From: Macrostomum lignano | Taxonomy: Eukaryota | Direction: 5' to 3' | Assembly: GCA_002269645.1 (NCBI GenBank) | Contig: NIVC01000890.1 | Location: 310,001-374,000, forward strand | Length of the DNA stretch: 64,000 nt | Notes under the pieces: generated by a model | Databases searched by the model: none | What the model was told of the DNA's origin: nothing | Seen by the model: the letters and a program-made list of their open reading frames with translations, nothing else | In this document: piece by piece, positions 1 through 12,100 of the stretch | Numbering within the stretch: the stretch's first letter is position 1 | How the letters are laid out: every line of letters begins with the position of its first letter | Program-made: the position numbers and the translations under genes

Positions 1-389
1 CATTTCAACGGATACGAAGCTGACTTGATGACGCAAACCGAGAGAGAAAAAAATCGATTAAATTTTAAATTATAGTCGCGACAAGAAGAAGGTTTTTATT
101 AAAGTCTAAGTAGAGAGAAAGTCCGGCCAAGGTGGGAGAATCTTGTCTCACTTAAGCCTCGCCATTCTAATATTAAAGCACTAGATGCATACTGAAGTGC
201 CCGCTTCGCCGATTGTATCAAAGCCTGTAATTTTTGGATTCGGCTCTGACCTCGAGAAATTTGACTGCCTAGCAACTAATCCAGGGAAGTCCCCGGCAAT
301 TTTTTCGGTTGTACAGTTTAACTGTCTTATCGACTTTCCAATTGGTTTGGCTTATACTAAGGATTAAGGATTAACAGAATGTCGCTAAC

Positions 390-2034
390 TGTGTTCCAGG
401 GGTCATCGACCTCCCTTATCCTTCTATAGCAGAGGTCATTGACCCTCGCCAGCAACTCACAGTTCCTGATGGGCCCGATGACCAGGCGCGGCAGGTGCAG
501 TCGCCGACTTCGCTGCCGGGCGACGCTAATCTGCATCGCCCCCCGTCTGGAGCCGCAGGCGGAGGCTGCACTACTCGTCGACTCTGCCGGCGCCTCGAAG
601 TGCGGCATCTCCACCAGGAAGGCCAGGTGCAGCCGGACCAGCTCGGCAAACTTGGCTGGATGCTGACAGCGAAACTGACCGGCCAAATCCGCCAGCTGAC
701 GGTCTCTGGCGCCAGGGACGGCGCCTGGGTCCAGCGCGTTTGTCAGGCGCCCACAGTAGTCCATGACACCGAGCTCGTCAGCTGCAGCTGTGGGCTGCAA
801 ATGCCGAGTGTGTTGGGGGGACATCAAGGGTGTGCTTTTAATACTTCTGGGATCGTTCTTAATATCTTATTCTGATGGGATCTTGACCCACTAGGATTGG
901 GATCTTGACCCTCTTTGATTGGAATCTTGACCCACTAGGATTGGGATTTTGACCCACTAGGATTGGGATTTTGACCTACTAGGATTGGGATCTTGACCCA
1001 CTAGGATTGGGATCTTGACTCACTTTGATTGGGATCTTGACCTACTAGGATTGGGATCTTGACCCACTAGGATTGGGATCTTGACATACTAGAATCGGGA
1101 TTTTTATTTGACTCATTGAGTCCATTTTTCAAGACCTGCAAATAGAACGGAGCCTCTTGAACCTCGTGAATATAAAAGGCCTACCCGTGAAAGCCTACAA
1201 TATTCTTAATGTTGGCCTATCCATTTTGTTTACACTTTTACAGCTCTTTTAATGTCTTTTAATAGAGTCTTGCTAATTTCCTAATGATATTTCAAGTCTA
1301 CTAGAGATCTCGCTTGAAGTGGAGCTCAAAGACCAGTTAGAGTTGACTATCTTCTTTTATACTATATTTAACTTTTCACTTTTACGTTCTAACCACACTA
1401 ATAGTTTAGGTGCTAAAAGCCGCCGAAAGTTGAAGTTAAAATTGGCCCGAAATTCTGGAGTTCAACTCCCATTCAAGCGATGAGTTCGTCTTTGTCCCGG
1501 CAGCAGACCGAGGGGCATGGGTTTTCGGGAGGGGGCGCTGGGCTTAAAAAGGCTTTGAAATTTATTGACAACAGATGAGATGGGAACCAGGCATTCGTCC
1601 GGGGGGGATTGCGCTAGATTCTGAAGTGGACTGCCTGTTGTCTAAGAACAAAGACTACATATTGGCGCGGCGCTATATGCAGAGGCTTAGTACAAAGACT
1701 ATAGCGCAATGCCGAGGACAGGAAGATGTTTTTCTGCTGATAACGGCTGGTCCTTATGCGGAGCTGCAGCAACCCAGCAGCTGTCTGTCTTTCATCAAAG
1801 TCAGCGAATCCTCTGCCCCCCTGCCGGGGGAGGGGTTTCCTGTCCGCCTGTCTGTCTTTTAGAAGATTCGTGTTCCCCACCCTTACCACCTACATGCATC
1901 TATCATATATATCCATAGGTTTTTATTACCCAGCAGCCATTGTCACTTACCGGTATCAGCTGATTAAGTGGGCCCAGCTGCTGCCGCTGCTGCTGCTGCT
2001 GCCGCGAACCCAGGTCTTTCGCAGCAATTGTCAT
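390..2034 (-). CDS. Probable RhoGAP (ARHGAP19/RhoGAP54D-like), 5' part only; exons 2034-1951 and 794-390, continuing beyond the left edge
   Basis: ATG at 2034, strong donor CCG|GTAAGT at 1951, phase-0 acceptor TTTGCAG|CCC at 794, donor ACA|GTTAGC at 390, and GC3-rich codons. FRCQHPAKFAELVRLHLAFLVEMP resembles the ARHGAP19 N-terminal LRHEKPEIFTELVVSNITRLIDLP motif (recalled, not searched). The GAP domain itself is not in the window. Confidence 0.45.
877..1103. repeat. 22-bp minisatellite (GGGATCTTGACCCACTAGGATT), about 10 copies, intronic
   Basis: Direct tandem units visible in the sequence. Confidence 0.9.
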
Positions 2035-2068
2035 TTCAAGTTGGACTTTCTGCCGAATCGACCGAATC

Positions 2069-2100
<32 letters not shown>

Positions 2101-2115
2101 GACTGTCTGACTGTC
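2069..2115. repeat. (CTGT)n microsatellite
   Basis: Visible tetranucleotide run. Confidence 0.9.
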
Positions 2116-2169
2116 GATTTTCGGACCGAAATAACCCTTTATAAATGCCTGGCCTGTTGGGTGGGCCCC

Positions 2170-2245
2170 CACCCAATCTCGTCTATTTTTAGCTATTCTG
2201 CTATTGGTTGAATTGGAACCCCGAGCTGAGCTCTCATTGGCTGAG
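2170..2245 (-). promoter_or_regulatory. CCAAT-box cluster, putative promoter of the minus-strand RhoGAP-like gene
   Basis: CCAAT/ATTGG at about 2173, 2203, 2213 and 2236, 140-210 bp upstream of the ATG at 2034. Confidence 0.35.
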
Positions 2246-2454
2246 GGGTGATGCTAGCTGTGCTAGCAATTTAGAACTGCCTTCGCATCTATTTTTACTG
2301 TACTAAATTTACTACAATCACACTGATGTCTGTTAGATTATCATTAGACATTAAATTAGATTAGAAATAAAAAACGATGAGATCAGAGCGAGAGAGAAAG
2401 CTTCTTTGATAGCAAAATCATTTCGTAAATTATGGCAGTGAAATTAGAGAGAAT

Positions 2455-2940
2455 TCGGGAATGAGATTAGAGATAAGTTAGGAGAGATATTGGAAAGAAT
2501 ATAAGAGTGAGATTAGAGAGATATCGGGAGTGAGATTAGAGAGATATCGGGAGTGGGATTAAAGAGATATCGGGAGTGAGATTAGAGAGATATCGGGAGT
2601 GAGATTAGAGAGATATCGGGAGTGAGATTAGAGAGATATCGGGAGTGAGATTAGAGAGATATCGGGAGTGAGATTAGAGAGATATCGGGAGTGAGATTAA
2701 AGAGATATCGGGAGTGAGATTAGAGAGATATCGGGAGTGAGATTAGAGCGAATTTAGGAGTGAGATTAGAGAGAATCTCGGATTGAGATTAGAGAGAAGC
2801 TCGGAGTGAGATTAGAGAGAATCTAGCAGTGAGATTAGAGCGAATTTAGGGGTGAGATTAGAGAGAATCTCGAAGTGAGATTAGAGAGATATCGGGAATG
2901 AGATTAGAGAGAATTCGAGAGTGAGATAAGAGAGAAACTA
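2455..2940. repeat. 23-bp minisatellite (GAGATTAGAGAGATATCGGGAGT), about 20 copies
   Basis: Direct tandem units, degenerate at the edges. Confidence 0.92.
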
Positions 2941-3962
2941 AGAGGAGAAGTTGGAGAAGAATGGGTTAAGATTAGAAATACTATGGCAGAAATGAGAAAT
3001 CTCTAGGTGAGATTAGCGAACACATATGATTAGTCTATAAATTAGGGCCACAGCCCAGACCAAGTGCTCATAATTATATTTCACTTAGCAACGCAAAACG
3101 GACTCTTAATTACAGACGCACATGTCATTAAGGTCCGAATCAGCCGTAATGATTGGCAGTATATTAAACATCCATTGGTGATTAGAGCACAGACCAGACA
3201 CACATTAATGATGCTCATTTCTCAATAGAGCTCACCGATGGCAACAGTGTAAGGCCATGAAGTCTATGCCAGTATACCTGCATGCTTGTGGGAGCCACCA
3301 TAGAATTATTAATTAACTAATAATTATAGTAACAAGATGCACAAGTTGGAGAGCCGCCCTGTGCACGCCTCAATGACAACTTCAATATGCTGGTATGAAA
3401 GCAGAGGCACAGAGAGGAATACACAGTGTATTATACGAGTTAATGGCCATTATTAGCCATAGAAACAAGATGAAAGATCATACAGATCTGTAATTTCAAA
3501 CAGTGGTCAGTTTTTAGCAGTCATACAATGGCGTGTTTTATGTCACATTTTCTGTGCCTGGGGTAGGTCGAGGCACAAATGATGAAGATGTGGTGTCCAG
3601 TTATAGTTGCCATGGTCCGGAAGATACAGATTTATATCTTTAAGCCACAGCCTCTCCTTTAAGTGTGCGATCCGAGATCTGATTCTGCTGTGATGACGTC
3701 ATCACTTTTTAAAAACAAAAATTAGCAGCTGATACGGTTTATGCCTGATCTGTAATCAAATTAATTAAAAACACAGTGTCTGCCAAAATGCCTGCTGAAA
3801 CGCATCCAAAAAAACTCTAGCAGCTGTGAATTAAATCAATTCACCAATGTGCTTATCATGCTGGATTGAGCAAATACAACGCTTGACTGCTTGGAAAATA
3901 GTCTAGCCTACGATGAAGGTGAAGTTTAAAATTGGGGAAACTGAAGGCGAAATTGACGCGAA

Positions 3963-3966
<4 letters not shown>

Positions 3967-4007
<41 letters not shown>
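3967..4007. repeat. (AG)n microsatellite
   Basis: Visible dinucleotide run. Confidence 0.95.
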
Positions 4008-4009
<2 letters not shown>

Positions 4010-4124
4010 CTGCGAGGGTTTTAAGAGGTGCGTGCATAGCATAGCCTCAGGTAAATTGTGGAATACGATGTTCAAAAATCAAAATTGAATACAGGGAACT
4101 TTTGTGAGGGGACTTAAGAGGGAT

Positions 4125-4708
4125 TTAAGAAAGGGAAGGAGAGGGAGAGGAAGAGGGAATAGGGAAGAGAGAGAGGCGGAGAGGAAGAGGAGAAAGAGAT
4201 GGATAGGGGAAAGAGATGGAGACAAAGAGAGGGAGAGGGGAAAGAGAGGGAGACAAAGAGAGGGAGAGGGGAAAGAGAGGGAGAGGGGAAAGAGAGGGAG
4301 ACAAAGAGAGGGAGAGGGGAAAGAGAGGGAGAGGAGAAAGAGAGGGAGAGGGGAAAGAGAGGGAGAGGGGAAAGAGAGGGAGAGGAGAAAGAGAGGGAGA
4401 GGGGAAAGAGAGGGAGAGGAGAAAGAGAGGGAGAGGAGAAAGAGAGGGAGAGGAGAAAGAGAGGGAGAGGAGAAAGAGAGGGAGAGGGGAAAGAGAGGGA
4501 GAGGGGAAAGAGAGGGAGAGGGGAAAGAGAGGGAGAGGAGAAAGAGAGGGAGAGGGGAAAGAGAGGGAGAGGAGAAAGAGAGGGAGAGGAGAAAGAGAGG
4601 GAGAGGGGAAAGAGAGGGAGAGGAGAAAGAGAGGGAGAGGGGAAAGAGAGGGAGAGGGGAAAGAGAGGGAGAGGAGAAAGAGAGGGAGAGGGGAAAGAGA
4701 GGGAGAGA
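4125..4708. repeat. Polypurine 17-bp minisatellite (GAGAGGGAGAGGGGAAA)
   Basis: Near-pure purine strand. The overlapping ORFs are low-complexity artefacts. Confidence 0.95.
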
Positions 4709-5574
4709 GTGACCAGGGATTTGTTTGCACAGGATATTATCAAAAGTGAATGTTTACCAAAAGCACAGTAAGCAGAATGCTATGAAGACTGAGGCTCTAC
4801 AGACAGAGAAAACGGACCCTCCACAGGTCAATCAATCTGATCGCTCATATCAGTGAGAATCCCAATTCAACAATACAGATCTGACAGGACTACTCCGTTT
4901 GATGCACCACCTGTATTAGATTTCAAGCAATAAGCAAACCTAATATGTGACGACAACCTGTTATCCTTGCACGCCAGCTAGAGCCTATATGAAGTAATGT
5001 AAATGCCCGCGAGGTCTGAGGGCAAACATCATCGCAAATTTCATGGGTCAGTGCAGCGTGTTGGTCGAAGTATTATTAAAAGATCTTTGACTTGCCTCTG
5101 AACAAATTATAGACGATTAACTCACAGGTAACACACACCTTTTTTGGGGTTTTCGATGCAAAAAAGCAAGGTCTGATATGTCTGTGACAGCACACCCACG
5201 AGAGCCCTTGAGGGCTCATTTTACACACACACACACACACACCTCGAGTCTGCTTATACGTGGCAAATTAAAGGTAGAAAGCTGATTGCCTCATCTCATT
5301 CCTGTGCCAGATCGATTTGTACCCGGTAATCAGCTCAGAGGAAAAGATCTGGAATTAAAAAAACCAAATCAAAAACCCATCAGGGCTGATGATATAACCA
5401 TTCGATTGAGCAAGTTTAATATGAATGTTTTGTTATATTTTAGTCCTTCCTTGCTTAGCAGATAAAACCATCAGCTTTTTGTGCTTGATAGAAGCTTCAG
5501 TTTTAAAAGAAAAATACCTGAGGTAGCTAAGATACGAGAGAGCTACTAGAGACTTCTGACCGATCAATCCCTGA

Positions 5575-6095
5575 AGGACCAGAGGTAGGGTTAGCGATAA
5601 TCCCTGACGGACCAAAAGTAGTGTAGGGTTAGCGATAATCCCTGAAGTACCAGAAGTAGGGTAGGGTTCGATAATCCCTGAAGGACCACAGGTAGTGTTA
5701 GCGGTAATCCCTGAAGGACCAGAGGTACAGGTATGGTTAGCGATAATCCCTGAAGGACTAAAGGTACAGGTAGGGTTAGCGATAATCCCTGAAGGACCAC
5801 AGGTAGGGTTAGCGATAATCCATGAAGGACCACAGGTAGGGTTACCGATAATCCCTGAAGGACCACAAGCAGGGTTAGCGATAATCCCTGAAGGACCACA
5901 GGTAGGGTTAGCGATAATCCCTGAAGGACCAGAGTTAGCGATAATCCATGAAGGACCACAGGTAGTGTTAGCGATAATCCCTGAAGGACCAGAGGTACAG
6001 GTAGGGTTAGCGATAATCCCTGAAGGACCAGAGGTACAGGTAGGGTTAGCGATAATCCCTGAAGGACCACAGGCAGGGTTAGCGATAATCCATGA
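5575..6095. repeat. About 33-bp minisatellite (GGGTTAGCGATAATCCCTGAAGGACCACAGGTA) with length variants
   Basis: Direct tandem units. Confidence 0.92.
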
Positions 6096-6213
6096 AAGAC
6101 CAGACAAAAATGATTGTCAAGGGTCCCAGAGTCTTAGCAGATTATAATCTACCTACATGTAATATTGGACACAGGCACTGAATTTTGCAATGTACAAAAT
6201 TCGTTTAGTTATT

Positions 6214-6480
6214 CTCAGCAACATGGAAAAGTCGCCACTCTATGCGCCAGTGAGCAATTTCTCTTATTCTGAAATAAAAGATGCGAGAAAACTGATTGGG
6301 GTAGCTTTAATCCGTCCAACCCTCGCACACCGCTCCCCCACTCCATTCCTCAACTCAAGTCTGCCGTGGCGTAGCTAAATTGCGTCACTCGCAAAGATTG
6401 AGAGAGACTTTACCTGCACTCTCAAAAGTGGCGATCACAGGCGGAATATTCTGTGATGGCGACTTTTCGATGTTGATGAG
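6214..6480. mobile_element. Possible small MITE remnant with 24-bp imperfect terminal inverted repeats
   Basis: CTCAGCAACATGGAAAAGTCGCCA (6214-6237) matches the reverse complement of 6457-6480 at 22/24 positions. No clean TSD. Confidence 0.4.
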
Positions 6481-7012
6481 TATATGTAAGAATCACATGC
6501 ATGTCCAATGGCAATTCCGATGACACCAACATTTCACAATAAGCCCCAAGGAAGGTGATTAGCATTATAATTGAACATTATTTACCTGTAAGTCGTGAAC
6601 TGAAAATGATTCATTAAACAACAACAGCTTGCAATATTGAAGCAACGCGCGGCGGCATCATCAAAGGATGATGATATAGATAATTACGCGCGCCGCGTGT
6701 TTGAAGTCATAAAACATTTTTCACCAGCATACAAATGTACAGAGAGACAATATTTAAAAGTAGCCCACAGCCACAATGTATAAGAATAGCGAGAATGTGA
6801 GATAATAAACAATTTACTGATAGGAATTATTGAATTGAATATGAAACCCCCAGTCACACCCAGCATGTCTTGTAAGACCGATTAGCGGGTTTACCATGTG
6901 AGCCACTGTATTCTATTCTCTATGATCACATCTGTGTATATGAATTTGCATTTTGTATCATAATTTAACTCAGACCAACATCAGATCAACTATTATGGTT
7001 AGAATTAAGTCA

Positions 7013-7404
7013 GGGGCGCTGTACAACCCAAGTAAGCGTGTGTATGTTTAGTGTGTGCACCCTGGTGCACTTTAATAAGCGACATAACAAGTAACACAAC
7101 CGGCGAGAGGCATTGCTGCCCATTCTGCCGACTCCCCTGAGCAGGCACACAAGCGCGCGGATACGTACGCAGCCATACGCACAGGCACACACTCACACAG
7201 GAGTGTACAGCGGCCCTAACTTTTTTTATCGTTAGGCATGTACACCTCACTGTGCCTTGGAAGGTTGGCCCTCCAGGCCGCTAATTGCACGAGCAGAGCT
7301 GCAGCCGAGATTCCAATTCAGCCCCAAATTAATGTGACTGCACTTGGAATCGAGCCTGGGCCGCTGGCATATCAGAGCGCCGCGATAGACCATTATGCTC
7401 AGGA
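7013..7404 (-). mobile_element. tRNA-derived SINE, copy 1
   Basis: Minus-strand head with A-box-like CATAATGGT and B-box GGCTCGATTCC. The body is shared with 15500-15877 and 17191-17481. Confidence 0.75.
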
Positions 7405-8342
7405 CAGGAGTCCGTGGAATGAGCAGAATTACCTCAGCGCTGGTTTTTTGACTTAATTAAAGCATTTTACTGTTAAATATCCTCTCGACTTAATGCGTCG
7501 CCCTCTGGTCTACAACGTTAACTTCGAAAATTGTCGCAACTTGTTCAGAGAGTCCAGTTGCAAGAATTGGCATTTATGAAAGAAATGAGATTAACTGACG
7601 GGACATTTAATGGGCTTTTAATCCCCTTTTGATCATGGGAGGAGGCAAGGAGGCGGGATCCCTTTGAGTAGGGGGTGGGATTTTCACAGCGGGTTGGCTG
7701 GCAATGCCCTGTCTCATCTAATGAGCTCTAAGTGGAGTATTAATTAACTACATATATATAAGTATCTCTCTAGAGGTTAGGCTCGTAATAGCGGACTTAA
7801 CGGCCTTCCACTCCTATATGCTACGTGTAATCACCAAAGTTTAAGCGAGGTCAAGCGTGTACAAATGAATGTCAGACACACGCCTCATTAGATTCTCTAC
7901 AGCGAATTGTCGACTCAAGAGTTCCCTCAATAGCTGGTCTCCATGCCGAACATTGAAACGGACTCAAAGTTTCTCAAGCCTACTACTAAATCACAAGAAA
8001 TGAGCAAAAAAGCTCAACAGGCCACTTACTTATGCTGTACAAAATCTTCAACCTAAATTTTAGTTACTAAGCAATTTACTAATAAATGCTCAATTAGATC
8101 ATCTAAATAAAATAACAACTCAACGAGTTCAAATTAGGACAGTTAGGATTTGAAAATACTCTACAGAGCAAAACAAATTCACTTTCAATTGAAATTCTAT
8201 ATTTTTAACTGATTGACACATATTATACATATAAATGCACTCTCAAGATGAAATACTAAGCTGTAAACAGGAGATCCGTTTATTACAATAATAACTCAGA
8301 CATTAAGCAACCAATTAGAAAATCAACAAAAAGACAAATCAC

Positions 8343-9096
8343 CTGTATTTACAGACAGAAATCTGTATTTACAGACACAAACAGTCTGTATTTACAGACA
8401 CAAACAGTCTGTATTTACAGAAACAAACAGCCTGTATTTACAGACACAAACAGTCTGTATTTACAGAAACAAACAGCCTGTATTTACAGACACAAACAGC
8501 CTGTATTTACAGACACAAACAGCCTGTATTTACAGACACAAACAGCCTGTATTTACAGAAACAAACAGCCTGTATTTACAGACACAAACAGCTTGTATTT
8601 ACAGACACAGACAGCCTGTATTTACAGACACAGCCTGTATTTACAGACACAAACAGCCCGTATTTACAGACACAGACAGCCTGTATTTACAGACACAGTC
8701 TGTATTTACAGACACAAACAGCCTGTATTTACAGACACAGACAGCTTGTATTTACAGACACAAACAGCCTGTATTTACAGACACAGACAGCCTGTATTTA
8801 CAGACACAGACAGCCTGTATTTACAGACTCAAACAGCCTGTATTTACAGACACAGTCTGTATTTACAGACACAGTCTGTATTTACAGACACAGACAGCCT
8901 GTATTTACAGACACAAACAGTCTGTATTTACAGACACAAACAGCCTGTATTTACAGACACAAACAGCCTGTATTTACAGACACAAACAGCCTGTATTTAC
9001 AGACACAAACAGCCTGTATTTACAGACTCAAACAGCCTGTATTTACAGACTCAAACAGCCTGTATTTACAGACACAGACAGCCTGTATTTACAGAC
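8343..9096. repeat. 23-bp minisatellite (ACAGACACAAACAGCCTGTATTT), about 33 copies, immediately 3' of the FAM20B stop
   Basis: Direct tandem units. Confidence 0.95.
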
Positions 9097-9112
9097 CCCA
9101 ATACCCACAGCG

Positions 9113-12100
9113 TCACAGTGTTAGCCTGGCATCGTCAGACACCAGCACAGCGGCAGGCCCCAGTCTCCTGTTGCATTTGTCCAGCTCGCGCAGCACCCGA
9201 TCCAGCCGCCTGTCCAGAGCCGCGGAGTGCTCGAGCGTCAGGAGCGGCCCGCTCGACGGCAGGCTGGAGGCGCCAGACCGGCACAGGGCGGCCTGGGTGG
9301 CGGCGCCGAGCAGACCCTGGGATTGGATGGTGGGGGAGTTAGAGTGGACACATTAGTAGTCTACCTGTCCATTAGACTGGATAATCTACCTGTGCATTAG
9401 ACTGGATAATCTACCTGTCCATTAGACTGGATAATCTACCTGTCCGTTAGACTGGATAATCTTCCTGTCCATTAGACTGGATAATTTACCTGTCCACTAC
9501 TAGACTGGATAATCTACCTGTCCATTAGACTGGATAATCTACCTGTCCACTACTAGACTGGATAATCTACCTGTCCACTACAGACTGGATAATCTACCTG
9601 TCCATTAGACTGGATAATCTACCTGTCCACTACAGACTGGATAATCTACCAGTCCACTACTAGACTGGATAATCTACCTGTCCACTACTAGACTGGATAA
9701 TCTACCTGTCCATTAGACTGGATAATCTACCTGTCCGTTAGACTGGATAATCTTCCTGTCCATTAGACTGGATAATCTACCTGTCCACTACTAGACTGGA
9801 TAATCTACCTGTCCACTACTAGACTGGATAATCTACCTGTCCACTACAGACTGGATAATCTACCAGTCCACTACTAGACTGGATAATCTACCTGTCCACT
9901 ACTAGACTGGATAATCTACCTGTCCATTAGACTGGATAATCTACCTGTCCATTAGACTGGATAATCTACCTGTCCGTTAGACTGGATAATCTTCCTGTCC
10001 ATTAGACTGGATAATCTACCTGTCCACTACTAGACTGGATAATCTACCTGTCCACTACTAGACTGGATAATCTACCTGTCCACTACTAGACTGGATAATC
10101 TACCTGTCCACTACAGAATGGATAATCTACCTGTCCACTACTAGACTGGATAATCTACCTGTCCACTACTAGACTGGATAATCTACCTGTCCACTACAGA
10201 ATGGATAATCTACCTGTCCACTACTAGACTGGATAATCTACCTGTCCACTACTAGACTGGATAATCTACCTGACCACTACAGACTGGATAATCTACCAGT
10301 CCACTACTAGACTGGATAATCTACCTGTCCACTACTAGACTGGATAATCTACGTGTCCACTACTAGATTGGATAATCTACCTGTCCACTACTAAACTGGA
10401 CAATCTACCTGTCCACTACTAGACTGGATAATCTACCTGTCCACTACTAGACTGGATAATCTACCTGTCCACTACTAGACTGGATAATCTACGTGTCCAC
10501 TACTAGACTGGATAATCTACCTGTCCATTAGACTGGATAATCTACCTGTCCATTAGACTGGATAATCTACCTGTCCACTACTAGACTGGATAGTCTACCT
10601 GTCCACTACTAGACTGGATAATCTACCTGTCCACTACAGAATGGATAATCTACCAGTCCACTACTAGACTGGATAATCTACCTGTCCACTACTAGACTGG
10701 ATAATCTACCTGTCCACTACAGAATGGATAATCTACCAGTCCACTACTAGACTGGATAATCTACCTGTCCACTACTAGATTGGATAATCTACCTGTCCAT
10801 TAGACTGGATAATCTACCTGTCCATTAGACTGGATAATCTACCTGTCCATTAGACTGGATAATCTACCTGTCCACTACAGAATGGATAATCTACCTGTCC
10901 ACTACTAGACTGGATAATCTACGTGTCCACTACTAGATTGGATAATCTACCTGTCCACTACTAAACTGGACAATCTACCTGTCCACTACTAGACTGGATA
11001 ATCTACGTGTCCACTAGAGACTGGATAATCTACCTGTCCACTACTAGACTGGATAATCTACCTGTCCATTAGACTGGATAATCTACCTGTCCATTAGACT
11101 GGATAATCTACCTGTCCATTAGACTGGATAATGTACCTGTCCACTACAGACTGGATAATCTACCTGTCCACTACTAGACTGGATAATGTACCTGTCCACT
11201 ACAGACTGGATAATCTACCTGTCAACTACTAGACTGCCAGACTGAATAATCTACCTGTCCACTACAGACTGGATAATCTACCTGACCACTAGACTGGATG
11301 GATAATCCACCTGTCCATCAGTCAATGCAGTTCCAAATCAAGCACTCATCTCACACCCAAGCCCACGTGGATTAAATTCCTCATTCCCAAGTCTCACCTG
11401 CAGCGCCAGCAACCTGCTATTGGTGCTGGTCCGCAGCCTACAGCACTGCTGCAGAGGCGCCAGAATGCTGAGCTCATCGTGATACGGATTCCCCAAGCCT
11501 TTGCCATTGTCCAGCGTGACAACCAGCTGCTGTCCGCCAATACCGGCCGCTGTCTCAAACTCGTGCCTATCAGCGTTGCCCAATAGAAAGTCTAATATCG
11601 AGGTGTCAATCAGATCAAGCAGAACGCCAGGACCCAACCGACTTAATAGCTGTGAGTTGCAGGGATTCTCGCCCAGTTGCCAAGCCGCCTTGGCATCGTT
11701 CGAGGCGTAGTTCCTGGCCCAGGGGTGCCTGTGCCTGGAAATCACGTGTTCGGGTCGGGATTGTTTGTACTTTTTTTAGTACCGTACTTTAAAGTTGCGA
11801 CAGTTAAAGTTCGCGTCATCTCCCTACGGACATTTGGCGCCATCGCCCTCCACAGACATTTGGCGCCATTGCCCTCCCCCCAGATATTTGGCGCCATAGC
11901 CTCCCTCCAGATATTTGGCGCCATAGCCTCCCTCCAGATATTTTGCGCCATAGCCTCCCTCCAGATATTTTGCGCCATCGCCCATCCCAAGACATTTGGC
12001 GCCATTTCCCCCTCAAGACATTTGCCGCCAGCCAACTCCCCCAAAGATTTGGCGCCATAGCCCCCTCCAGATATTTGGCGCCATCGCCCATCCCAAGACA

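Noticed and set aside
1575-1918. Overlapping short ORFs in the RhoGAP-like intron
   Set aside because: No recognisable motif or convincing splice pair, and the flanking exons join in phase without them.
3690-3705. Perfect 16-bp palindrome GTGATGACGTCATCAC (CRE core)
   Set aside because: Isolated, with no gene start nearby to assign it to.
4104-4771. Long R/G/E and S/P/L ORFs
   Set aside because: Translations of a stop-free purine minisatellite.
9353-11310. CRISPR-like regular repeats
   Set aside because: No unique spacers, no cas genes and a eukaryotic intron context.
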